Made by a program: the position numbers and the translations under genes
Shown here: in pieces, positions 49,747-58,908 of the stretch
How the letters are laid out: each line of letters opens with the position of its first letter
Numbering within the stretch: the first letter of the stretch is position 1
Source of the DNA: Fibrobacteria bacterium
Lineage (GTDB): Bacteria; Fibrobacterota; Fibrobacteria; UBA11236
Assembly (NCBI GenBank): GCA_041746255.1
Contig: JBGTHM010000125.1
Coordinates: forward strand, 1-64,000
DNA length: 64,000 nt
Direction: 5' to 3'
The notes under the pieces: model-generated
What the model saw: only the letters and a program-made list of their open reading frames with translations
Databases searched by the model: none
What the model was told of the DNA's origin: nothing

Positions 49747-51339
49747 GAGCCGGATCAAAAGGTTGTGGTCTACCCGATAGGGATTGTCAACTTGTTCAAC
49801 CAACTCTTTCAAGCGGAAAAGATAACCCACTTCCAGATTGCGAGTCAGCAATACGCGTAGGTCGGTGGTGAATTCCACCAGCTCAATGTCCCGGGGATTT
49901 CCCTCCGGTGCAAACAATTCGGACCGGAAATCGACGGTGAGCATCGAGCCCAGGCGAAGCCTGGCGTTGATGATATTTTCCACACCAATTTCGTAAAGGT
50001 CGCTGGGTATCAGAAATTGTCTCGGATTATCGGTGGCTAGATAACTGCCTCCAAAAATATGTTGGCGCGCGGCAACGCCTAATTGGGTGGAGAACTCCAG
50101 GGATGTGGAAGACATCAACTCCAAATTCACGCCGATACCTTCGGTAAAACGCAGGGGATACAAGGGGGGTTTGAATTCAAACCCCCCGCCGGTAATGGTT
50201 TCCAAAGTGTCGGGATTTTCGCCCGGGGAGACGATGTAAACGGTCTCTTCAGGTGATTTTACCGGAAAAAAGTGGGTTTCGAGCTGCCCTCGCACATAGG
50301 GGCCCACCCATTGGTTCATGCGCCGGACCCAGGTGGAACGGGCTTGCAGGATGTCCGAGCTGACGATGAGAGGTTTGCCGCCGCTTTTGCTGAAATTACT
50401 TTGCAGGAAGATTTCGCTCAGGCCGAAATACAACGAATTATCAAAACGTAAACGGGTGCGTGCATCCGTGGCGATGATAATACCGTCTGAGCGTGATCCG
50501 GTTCCCTCATCCTTCCAGAAAAGATTGACGAGGCCCCCCGCCCTTATTCCCAGGCTCCAATTACGGCCGACCCGTTGCCGGGTTTGCAAAGCCTTGATCC
50601 CACCTGAAAGAATTTCGAGGCCTTGGGTGTCGTAAATAAGTTCAACCAGGGATATCTCGCCGGGATTGACCTGGACGGTAATGTAGTTCGTCAATGAGCC
50701 GAGATTGTCTCCGACTCTTCCCAGCCGGTAGACACCCGGCGGTAGAATCCAGGATTTGATATCCTGCAACCGTTCTTCCTTGTAACCATAGCCTTTTCCG
50801 TAGCTTTCGCCGGTACTGAGCCTGATGATTTCGTATTGGGCATCGAGGTATTCGCCATCCCGGCTGAGCGTTTCCACGATTAGACCGCTCCAGGTAGGGG
50901 GAACCACGGTAGTGTGGCCCTCGGCTACTTCGACGGTATAGCTCAGTTGCTGGCCGGCGGTGCCGGATCCGTATCGGACGACATAGGTTCCGGAATCAAC
51001 CAAAATGCGGCTTCCCGATTGGCCATTGGCGGCTTCCCTGCCATTGGCGTTGAAAATGCTTACTTCGGGTTCGCGCCGAGGTTCAGAGAAGCTGGGTACG
51101 AAAATGGCCCCCTTGCTCAGCGAAATCAGAGTAATATCTCGCGAAAGCTGCTCTTCGACCGAAGGCGCCAGCCAATTGGCGCCGCGGCGAGGCAGGGCCG
51201 GTTCTTTAATGACTCGTTCGCGTGATCTTTCCACCTCACGTTCAGAACCGGAAACCTCTTCGCCGGGAAGTCCGGAATCGGCTTCGATACGACCTATCGC
51301 GGCGGAAAGTATTAAAAGCAGAAGCAATAGACGGTTCAA
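49732..51339 (-). CDS. Hypothetical outer-membrane protein: periplasmic beta-sandwich domains plus C-terminal barrel
   Basis: Signal peptide, G.Y.VR Ig/PEGA-like repeats, amphipathic strands ending RLSFNF; overlaps the upstream gene by 4 nt. Confidence 0.65.
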   Translation of the reverse strand: MNRLLLLLLILSAAIGRIEADSGLPGEEVSGSEREVERSRERVIKEPALPRRGANWLAPSVEEQLSRDITLISLSKGAIFVPSFSEPRREPEVSIFNANGREAANGQSGSRILVDSGTYVVRYGSGTAGQQLSYTVEVAEGHTTVVPPTWSGLIVETLSRDGEYLDAQYEIIRLSTGESYGKGYGYKEERLQDIKSWILPPGVYRLGRVGDNLGSLTNYITVQVNPGEISLVELIYDTQGLEILSGGIKALQTRQRVGRNWSLGIRAGGLVNLFWKDEGTGSRSDGIIIATDARTRLRFDNSLYFGLSEIFLQSNFSKSGGKPLIVSSDILQARSTWVRRMNQWVGPYVRGQLETHFFPVKSPEETVYIVSPGENPDTLETITGGGFEFKPPLYPLRFTEGIGVNLELMSSTSLEFSTQLGVAARQHIFGGSYLATDNPRQFLIPSDLYEIGVENIINARLRLGSMLTVDFRSELFAPEGNPRDIELVEFTTDLRVLLTRNLEVGYLFRLKELVEQVDNPYRVDHNLLIRLSFNF

Positions 51340-51983
51340 GGCGAGGTAACCTCCGGGGTCTTGGCTTTATGTTGGTATTCATCCAGTATGATTTCGATTT
51401 CCTGGACCATTCTTTCGTTCATGGTTTCCAACAAAAAGGAGATTTCCCTAACCAGGTAAATAGGTTCTTGCTGCGATACTTTTTTCCGAAGATCAAAGGT
51501 CTTTTTCCAAACCACCTGATTGGTGCGGGCGTCTTCCAATTTATAGTCGATGGCCAAATGCGCATACCAGATTTCCTTGCTGTCGTATTCCTCAATGGCG
51601 AGAATGTCGGCGCCCAGGTAAAAATCGGGCATGTAGCTTTCCACCGTGCGTGTGATGTTCTCGAAAAGCCTTACCGCCCTAAGGTGTTTGATGACAAGAT
51701 CCGAGATCATGCGCTCGGGATCCACTGACCAGAGATGAAAGTTGTAAAATTGCATGAGATGAGGACTCTGCCGATAGACGATTTGGCTGCGGCGATAAGC
51801 CTCGGATATATTGAAATCGCGCACGCGTACGGTATAGGGGTAGGTTCCCTTTTCCAGCCTTTCCGGCGTTGGATTCGGTGCGTAATCCAGGGTGTAATAA
51901 CGTGTCTGGGGCGGAGGTTGGAAGTAACAACCCGCCAAAGCGAATATTGCCGCCGAACCCAGCCATAAGGGCCATCTACTCAT
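51336..51983 (-). CDS. PqiC-like ABC auxiliary lipoprotein
   Basis: Lipobox LAGC, YYTL, IVYR, W…P motif. Confidence 0.8.
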   Translation of the reverse strand: MSRWPLWLGSAAIFALAGCYFQPPPQTRYYTLDYAPNPTPERLEKGTYPYTVRVRDFNISEAYRRSQIVYRQSPHLMQFYNFHLWSVDPERMISDLVIKHLRAVRLFENITRTVESYMPDFYLGADILAIEEYDSKEIWYAHLAIDYKLEDARTNQVVWKKTFDLRKKVSQQEPIYLVREISFLLETMNERMVQEIEIILDEYQHKAKTPEVTSP

Positions 51984-52864
51984 TGTCGCCTTTCCAGTTT
52001 TTCCTCTTTGCGCAAAAGCACCGAGGGGTTTTCCTTGATTTGCCGGCTGAAAGTGCTCATGTTCATCATAGTTTCTTTCATGCTGCCCATCGACGAAGAC
52101 AAATCCTCCTGAATTTTCAGCAGGGTCATGTCGGCACGTCGGGCCAGGGAACCCAGCTCTTTTGCGACAGTCTGGTATTCTTCCACGGTTTCGGCCAAGG
52201 CGACCTTGCTCAATTCCTCCTGCACTCCGCGCGAAATCGATTCGACCTGAACCAGAATCCGCTCCACACGTTGGCCGGGTTGAACTCGGTTCAAGTCGTC
52301 CACCAGCACTTCCAGGGCCTCGCTCAGCGAAGCTGAGCTGGAGATCAGCCTGTCTAAATGTTCCTGGTTTGCCACGCTGGTAAGTGCCACCATATTACCG
52401 AGCAAGTTGTCAATTTTCACGGCGATAGTGTCGGCTCGGCTCAAAAGCCTTCCCAATGTGGAGGGTTGCGCCTCGATTTCACCGCCTGGAGGCAGATCCG
52501 GTGATGCATAATTGCCCCCCGTCACCTCCAGGTATTTCAATCCGGTAATTCCGAAAGTACCGATGGTCAATGTCATGTCGGATTTCATGGTGACGTCTCT
52601 GGGTATCTGGAATTCAACCACCGTCCGGGTGATGTCGTTCGTATCGGTGCGTATTGCCGATATGGATCCTATGTTCACACCATTCAACTTGACTGCCGCC
52701 CCCAGCTCAAGTCCGCTTACCGATTCGTCCAGCCGGGTGAAATAGGTTTCGGTGGGAGTCAGCAATTGCTTTCCCACCATGAAAAAGAGGATTAGCGCCA
52801 ACACGGTTGAAATGCCTATTATGAAAATTCCGAGCCGGGCCTTCTCGGCCTTGGATACGTCCAT
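51980..52864 (-). CDS. mlaD: MCE/MlaD family protein with long helical C-terminus
   Basis: ARLG.F, SVSGL..GA.VK.NGV.IG, GITG..YLE, NPS.LL. Confidence 0.9.
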   Translation of the reverse strand: MDVSKAEKARLGIFIIGISTVLALILFFMVGKQLLTPTETYFTRLDESVSGLELGAAVKLNGVNIGSISAIRTDTNDITRTVVEFQIPRDVTMKSDMTLTIGTFGITGLKYLEVTGGNYASPDLPPGGEIEAQPSTLGRLLSRADTIAVKIDNLLGNMVALTSVANQEHLDRLISSSASLSEALEVLVDDLNRVQPGQRVERILVQVESISRGVQEELSKVALAETVEEYQTVAKELGSLARRADMTLLKIQEDLSSSMGSMKETMMNMSTFSRQIKENPSVLLRKEEKLERRQ

Positions 52865-52868
52865 TCGG

Positions 52869-53654
52869 TCAATCCTCCAGGTGGAACGCCAGTTGCCGGC
52901 TGTCAGCCGAGTTGGTGCCTGATTCGCGGGTTAAAAATTGCCGGACTTCTTCCGGGCCATTCTCCATCGCCTCGGTAAGGGAGCCGTCGAAAAGCACCTC
53001 TCCTTGGGAAAGATAGGTCATCTTGTCGCACAGAGTGCGAATGGATTCGAGTTCATGAGTCACTACTACCAGGGTAATACCCAGGGATTCACGCAAAGAA
53101 AGCAACAAATCGTCCAAACCGCGCGAGGTAATGGGGTCAAGACCCGCCGATGGTTCGTCGAAGAATACGAGTTCGGGATCGGTTACGATGGCCCGGGCCA
53201 GACCCGCCCGCTTCTTCATCCCTCCCGACAACTCGTTGGGAAGCTTATAAAAGGCATGGCCCAGTGAGACCAGTTCCAATTTCGTGCGTACCAGTTCTTC
53301 CACCACCGAATCGGGAAGGCTCGGATAATGCACTTGTAAGGGCAGTGCAACGTTCTCTCCTACCGTCAACGAAGAAAGTAAGGCGCTACTTTGAAACAGA
53401 ACTCCGATTTTACGCATCATCTCCGTCGGCATGCGGTCTTCCGACCATTTCACCTCTTCTCCGGAAATGAAAATGGAACCGCCGAGGGGGCGTTGCAATC
53501 CGATAATGCTCTTGAGCAAGGTGGATTTACCGCAACCCGATCCTCCTAAAATGATACGAATCTCTCCGGCTGCCACGGCCATGGAAACGTTTTGCAGCAC
53601 GACTGTGCTTCCATAGCCTGCCTGTAAAGCGCGGGTTTCCAGTTTAATCGACAT
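52869..53654 (-). CDS. mlaF: MlaF/Mkl-type ABC ATPase
   Basis: GGSGCGKS, GVLFQSSAL, LSGGMKKR, DEPSAGLDP. Confidence 0.9.
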   Translation of the reverse strand: MSIKLETRALQAGYGSTVVLQNVSMAVAAGEIRIILGGSGCGKSTLLKSIIGLQRPLGGSIFISGEEVKWSEDRMPTEMMRKIGVLFQSSALLSSLTVGENVALPLQVHYPSLPDSVVEELVRTKLELVSLGHAFYKLPNELSGGMKKRAGLARAIVTDPELVFFDEPSAGLDPITSRGLDDLLLSLRESLGITLVVVTHELESIRTLCDKMTYLSQGEVLFDGSLTEAMENGPEEVRQFLTRESGTNSADSRQLAFHLED

Positions 53655-53787
53655 TCATCCTTTTTCTGCCATACCTTTTAACGGTCGGTCCGAAGACGCT
53701 CAACAATCTATTATTATCGTTCATCCCCGCGTCCTTTTTCACCCACTTTTCCGCCCGCTTTTCAGGCCAGGGGCGAATTCCAGCTCC

Positions 53788-54849
53788 TTACATATAAAAG
53801 ACGAAGGAAAACAGGGCATCCGCAAGGATTATGGCGAAAATACAAGTGACTACACAAGACGTGGTGGCTTTTCCCACCGCATCGGCGCCTCCATGCACCC
53901 GTATTCCTTTGGTCACGGCCACGAATGTGATGATCCAGGCGAAAGTCACGGCCTTCGTCAGCATTTGAAAGACGTAGTTCACGGTTATGGCGCTTTGCAA
54001 TTCGGTCAGAAAACTAGCCGGGGATAGGTTGAAAAAGGACATACCCACCGCCAAACCCGCTGCGATACCCATCAGGGCTGAACATACCGTCAAAAGGGGA
54101 AGGCAAAGAGTCATGGCCCAGAAGCGGGGAAGTACAAGGAATTGAATGGGATTGATGGCCATGGTTTGCAGGGCGCCGATTTCCTCCTGTACCACCATGG
54201 TCGATAATTCCGCTGTAATGGAACTCCCGGATCGGCCGGCCAGCACGACGGCGGTCAAAACCGGCCCGATTTCGGTGACCATGGAGATACCGATGCCGCT
54301 GGCAAGGAAAATGGTGGCCCCGAACCTCTGCAATTGAATTCCCGATTGCAAGGCGAGCGTGAAACCAATCAAAAAAGACAGCAGGGCTACAATGGGAAGG
54401 GCGGAGCTTCCCAAGCGTACCATTTGAATGACCGTGTCGCCGCGTAAAATAGTCTTGCGCTTGAAAGCGCCCAAGGTAGACCAATAGAGCGATTCGGATA
54501 GCAGAACCGCCATGGTTTTGATTTCGTCAAAGACGGAGTAAAGTCCTCCGCCAATCGATACGGCCAAAGATTCGGCCTGCGGGGGGGTACCTGCCTCCCC
54601 TTTTTCCAAGGCCTTTTCCAGGCGGGGACGAAGCTGGGGAGAAACTTTGGAAAGGATTAAGCGGCCACCGGCATTTTCACGGGACCGGTGGAGATCGGCA
54701 AGCCATGCTACGGCCAGGGAATCTAGATCGCGGACTTGCGAAAAATCCAGGCGCAGCTCACCGTCTTTAACTCCCGCGAGCAAGCGAGGGTGTTCCTCGG
54801 CAATCCATTCCGGGGTAATCTCGCTGGGTAATCGGAGCGCTTGCTTCAA
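53788..54849 (-). CDS. mlaE: MlaE permease fused to N-terminal STAS domain
   Basis: LDFSQV..LDS (STAS); EIGPVL…AGRSGS, EEI.AL, VLPR, VGKATT. Confidence 0.9.
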   Translation of the reverse strand: MKQALRLPSEITPEWIAEEHPRLLAGVKDGELRLDFSQVRDLDSLAVAWLADLHRSRENAGGRLILSKVSPQLRPRLEKALEKGEAGTPPQAESLAVSIGGGLYSVFDEIKTMAVLLSESLYWSTLGAFKRKTILRGDTVIQMVRLGSSALPIVALLSFLIGFTLALQSGIQLQRFGATIFLASGIGISMVTEIGPVLTAVVLAGRSGSSITAELSTMVVQEEIGALQTMAINPIQFLVLPRFWAMTLCLPLLTVCSALMGIAAGLAVGMSFFNLSPASFLTELQSAITVNYVFQMLTKAVTFAWIITFVAVTKGIRVHGGADAVGKATTSCVVTCIFAIILADALFSFVFYM

Positions 54850-55021
54850 CTTCTCTTTCCTGGAAGCGAAGGGTAATCAAAGCACGAAATTATGTACATT
54901 TTTCCAATCGAATTCTTTGGTTCCTGCTCCCATAACACCGGCATCGCCATGCGCATTGGACGAATGCCAGTCGGCTTTTCCGTTACCAAGGGTAATCCGG
55001 ATAGTATAAGATTAATGATTT

Positions 55022-56506
55022 ATGAAATATAAGATTATTTCATCCAGGCTCTTGGTAGCCGCAATTTACGCGCTAATGGTATCAGACGCGGCCTTTGCCG
55101 AGGATTTACCGACCGGACTCGATTCGGCCGCTACGCTGGTAATGGATTATCGCACATTCGAAGCCCGCGTCCTAAAATCTCATCCCATTTTGCATGAAAA
55201 ATCGTTGGATGTCGAAAAAAGAAAACTCGAGCAGGCTGAACTTAAAGCATCGGTAATCCTGCCCCGGTTTGAAATTGACATGGGCATGGGCCCGGCGCCT
55301 GGATTGAACCGATACACGGATACCACCGGATATGTGGTAATCAATGGTGAAAATTTTCCCATTCTTTCCGAAGATCGGGAATACGATTTTTCGACATGGG
55401 GGCCTTATTTCGGGGTGGATGCCAAAGTGGCCCAACCCCTTAATATCGGGCGATACCGTTCGGCACGGAACGCCCTGAACTTCCAGGTTGCCGTGGAAGA
55501 GGCCCAGGCCCGCAAGCGACGCGTAGCCATTTCCTTTGAAGCCCAGGAGCTCTATTTTAAGCGGCTTTATGCCCAAACCATGTTGACGATATTGAATAAG
55601 GCGGCCAAGGATCTCGACGACGCGGGGGAAAAAATCGATGAAATGCTGGATGAGGGGGATCCCTCGGTCTCGCAAACGGATATGCTTGAACTCAAAGCGG
55701 GTCGCTATGCTCTGGAAAAAGGACGCCTGGAAGCCGAGATGGGCTTAAGGCGGTCCGCATTGCAAATGGGGTTCATGTTGCAGGTTCCCCAAGCCATCCA
55801 AATAGAAGGTCCCGATAAGCAGTTATTCCTCCGCACCGACCCCTTGCCCGACTTGGACAGTTTGAAGACAGCCTTGTTGATCCATCACCCCGATTTACAA
55901 AGGCTCGAAAACGGTTTGGAAGCACGTAGGGAATTAGTGCGGGTGGCTAAAGGAGAGTTGGGACCCGACTTCTTCCTGTTCGGAAATTTCCGCTATTCCA
56001 AAGCCTGGTCCTCCGATCGCGAAACGGTGGGTTCGGACCCATTCATCCGGGATCCCCTCAATGAATTGACCGGCGTGGCGGGGATAGGCATGAAATTCAG
56101 GTTGAACGTTTGGCAGCGATACCAAAAGTTCCGGAGGGAAAAAATCGAACTGGAGCAATTGCGTAGAACGGAAGTGTATGCGGCCCAGGGTCTACTGCTC
56201 CAACTGGAAGATGCTCATTTGAGGTATTTGAATGCCCAGGCAAGGGTTCAGGAGAGTGCGACTTCCTTAAGAGCCGCCGAAGCCTGGCTCAAAGGCGCGG
56301 CTATGACCTATGATCTCGACCCTAGCACAGCCAAAGCAATGCTCAGCCCCTATAAAACCGTTCTAAATGCCAAGAAAGATTATTTCGAGGCGGTGCTTGA
56401 CCAGAATGTCGCTCTAGCCCGGGTGTTTGAGGCGGTTGGATGGACTCTGTCGGACTATTTTGATAACTTGAGTGAGTCTTCAGGCGCGCAACCAATGCCT
56501 CAATAA
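55022..56506 (+). CDS. TolC-family outer membrane protein
   Basis: Signal peptide, two helical repeats with LP.F and P.L, ending LARVFEAVG. Confidence 0.75.
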   Translation: MKYKIISSRLLVAAIYALMVSDAAFAEDLPTGLDSAATLVMDYRTFEARVLKSHPILHEKSLDVEKRKLEQAELKASVILPRFEIDMGMGPAPGLNRYTDTTGYVVINGENFPILSEDREYDFSTWGPYFGVDAKVAQPLNIGRYRSARNALNFQVAVEEAQARKRRVAISFEAQELYFKRLYAQTMLTILNKAAKDLDDAGEKIDEMLDEGDPSVSQTDMLELKAGRYALEKGRLEAEMGLRRSALQMGFMLQVPQAIQIEGPDKQLFLRTDPLPDLDSLKTALLIHHPDLQRLENGLEARRELVRVAKGELGPDFFLFGNFRYSKAWSSDRETVGSDPFIRDPLNELTGVAGIGMKFRLNVWQRYQKFRREKIELEQLRRTEVYAAQGLLLQLEDAHLRYLNAQARVQESATSLRAAEAWLKGAAMTYDLDPSTAKAMLSPYKTVLNAKKDYFEAVLDQNVALARVFEAVGWTLSDYFDNLSESSGAQPMPQ

Positions 56507-56516
56507 GGGATAAAAT

Positions 56517-57209
56517 ATGCGAATCGCTGCAAAACTCCAAATTTCCGCTTTGATTCCGTTGCTATTGCTCGCCGGGGTAGCTGCGGCCGCACTTCCCGCC
56601 GCCGCGAAAAGCGAAGCCGACAGTCTTATCGCTTTTTTTCGAACCAAGGACGCCGAATTACAGAAACTGTTGCGTTCTGAGAAAACCGATGAGAAGGCCG
56701 AGGAAAAAACCGAGCGAATCAAGTTTCTCATCAACGGCATATTCGATTTCGAGGAATTGGGAAAAAGGGCCTTGGGCGTCAAAACATGGGGTTCCATGGA
56801 GCCGGTGCAAAAAGAACGTTTTACCAAGGCATTCAAAAATATGGTGGAAAATGCCTCCGTCAAAAAGTTGGAAGTTTACCGTTCCGATTCCACTGTTTAC
56901 GATAAACCGGAATTAAAACAGGACAAAGCGTCGGTAACCACTCATGTCTATTCGAACGGACAGGTATCGATTATCGTCTATAAACTGTTTCGCAAGGGCG
57001 AGGAATGGAAAGCGTGGGATCTGGTCATTGACGACCTGAGTACGGCGCGTAATTATGGGGAGCAATTCCGTAAAATCCTTGCCAAATCCGATATGAATGC
57101 GCTAATCACCAAATTGGAGGACCGGAGCGATTCGACCAACGGTCCCCTGACTTCCAAAACCGACAATGTGAAAGCCAAATCCGAGAAGAAAAGCCAGGTT
57201 ACCAAATAG
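56517..57209 (+). CDS. mlaC: MlaC/Ttg2D family lipid-binding protein
   Basis: FDFEELGKRALG..W, RF..AF, YKL…WK.WD..ID..S…NY..QF. Confidence 0.85.
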   Translation: MRIAAKLQISALIPLLLLAGVAAAALPAAAKSEADSLIAFFRTKDAELQKLLRSEKTDEKAEEKTERIKFLINGIFDFEELGKRALGVKTWGSMEPVQKERFTKAFKNMVENASVKKLEVYRSDSTVYDKPELKQDKASVTTHVYSNGQVSIIVYKLFRKGEEWKAWDLVIDDLSTARNYGEQFRKILAKSDMNALITKLEDRSDSTNGPLTSKTDNVKAKSEKKSQVTK

Positions 57210-57276
57210 CGCCCGCTGAAAGAAAAGGTGGAATAGCTTCCTTTGGTTGTCGCCGGAAACTATTTTTGGGCACACC

Positions 57277-57987
57277 ATGATTTGGCTGTATATTTTTCTA
57301 GGTCTGATAGGCTTAGCTCTCCTGCTTTTTTTCCTACTCCGCTTCGATTATTCGCTTAGCTTTCAATTCCCCGGAAATTTGCAGGGAACCTTTCGCTTTT
57401 CCTTTTTAGGTTTTAAGCGGGCCGGAGAGTTCTCCACGGCGCGCAAGCAGCCCGAATCGACTTCAGTTGCGCAATCCACCTCGTTTCCCGATACTCCCAT
57501 AATCGCTCCCTCCGGCCAAGCGGGATTCTTGCGATTACCTTCCTTGCGAACCCTACGTAATCGACTCAAGCGAGGAGCCTTCAAGTTTGCGGTTAATTTC
57601 CAGGTATGGGCCGCTTTGATTCGATTCGGAACCCGCTCGCTGGGATTTTTCGGTCATGCGGTTCGCACACGGCTGAGGTTTTTGAGTTTGGGTACTGAGG
57701 ATCCAGTAGTACTAGGCTATTTGGCCGGAGGATATTCAGCGCTTTCGGGGTTTTTTCCCGGTTTGCGCTGTCCTGTTCATTACTATTTTAACGAAAATCG
57801 ATTTACTTTCGGATTGAAGGTAAGAGGCCGGTTTAACGGTTTACATCTGGTCGCGGCTGTGGTGCGCTCTTTCCTGGCGTTTCCCTGGTTTTTTTTGACG
57901 GCACGGTTTATCGGTTCAATCCGTGATGATTCGCTGAATTGGTGGCAAGAAAACCTTTTGAATAAACTGGCGCCTCGCTACGGATAG
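57277..57987 (+). CDS. Hypothetical membrane-anchored protein
   Basis: N-terminal TM helix; LGTEDP..LG motif. Confidence 0.55.
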   Translation: MIWLYIFLGLIGLALLLFFLLRFDYSLSFQFPGNLQGTFRFSFLGFKRAGEFSTARKQPESTSVAQSTSFPDTPIIAPSGQAGFLRLPSLRTLRNRLKRGAFKFAVNFQVWAALIRFGTRSLGFFGHAVRTRLRFLSLGTEDPVVLGYLAGGYSALSGFFPGLRCPVHYYFNENRFTFGLKVRGRFNGLHLVAAVVRSFLAFPWFFLTARFIGSIRDDSLNWWQENLLNKLAPRYG

Positions 57988-58014
57988 ATTCCATTTGGCG
58001 GACGGGGAGAATAC

Positions 58015-58434
58015 ATGAGCATTCCGGACAAGAATGAAGAAAAACAGTCGTCGGCCCTTTGGGATTGGGTAATCGGTATCGGGTTGGTTTTATTGATTGG
58101 TGCGGGTATCTGGTTTTATCAGAGCCAAAAGAAGGAGTCGCACACCCGTTTTTCCGAGGCGGATGTGCTTTTCCAGTCCGGTGAGTTCCGTCAGGCTGCG
58201 GCTATATACGAAGAGTTGAAGCAGGCCCAATACGCTACGCCCTCACAGGATAGCCTGCTTTACGAAAGACTCGATTCCATCGCCGTTATCCGGGAACAGG
58301 ATGAAGCGGATTTCAATCGTGTCACAACCCTTTTAGAAAAAGGCGACACCCTTTCAGCGAGAATCATCCGGGATAGAACTGCCTTTCGGGGGATGCTCGA
58401 CGAAGAGGAGAAACGCTTGCTCGAATCGTTTTAA
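58015..58434 (+). CDS. Hypothetical membrane protein with TPR-like helix pair
   Basis: One TM helix, then AD.LF..GEF..A..IY. Confidence 0.6.
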   Translation: MSIPDKNEEKQSSALWDWVIGIGLVLLIGAGIWFYQSQKKESHTRFSEADVLFQSGEFRQAAAIYEELKQAQYATPSQDSLLYERLDSIAVIREQDEADFNRVTTLLEKGDTLSARIIRDRTAFRGMLDEEEKRLLESF

Positions 58435-58440
58435 AGCCGT

Positions 58441-58908
58441 TTAGAGACCCGCGCGAAAAACCGTGATTAAGCGCGAAGTTTCTCCGGTTATGTCGAGCCT
58501 AAGCCAATAGGAGAAGGGGAAGTGGGTTTTTCCCAGGCGCTCCGGCCATTCCATCAACATGATCCCCCCGCGTTCGGCGTAATACTCAAGACCGATTTCC
58601 TCCCAATCCGCCCCTTCGGACAACCGGTATAAGTCCACATGAAAAAGAGGAGTCGGCGCATCATATTCCAAAATGAGGGCGTAAGAGGGAGAGTGCGTGT
58701 CGCCCTCAAATCCCAAAGCCTTGGCGAAGGCCTGGGCCAACCGGGTCTTCCCCGCGCCCAATTCTCCGCTTAGAGCCAGGTTATCTCCGGGAACAAGCCC
58801 AACCGCGAATGCTGACGCCCAATTTAGGGTTTCTGCTTCGCTGGTGCTGGTGAAAGATTCCAGCTCGTGGAAGCCCGGGGGTATGGCCTGGGACTTCCCG
58901 CTTTTCAT
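58441..58908 (-). CDS. tsaE: tRNA threonylcarbamoyladenosine biosynthesis ATPase
   Basis: GELGAGKT, SPSY, HVDLYR, EW. Confidence 0.95.
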   Translation of the reverse strand: MKSGKSQAIPPGFHELESFTSTSEAETLNWASAFAVGLVPGDNLALSGELGAGKTRLAQAFAKALGFEGDTHSPSYALILEYDAPTPLFHVDLYRLSEGADWEEIGLEYYAERGGIMLMEWPERLGKTHFPFSYWLRLDITGETSRLITVFRAGL

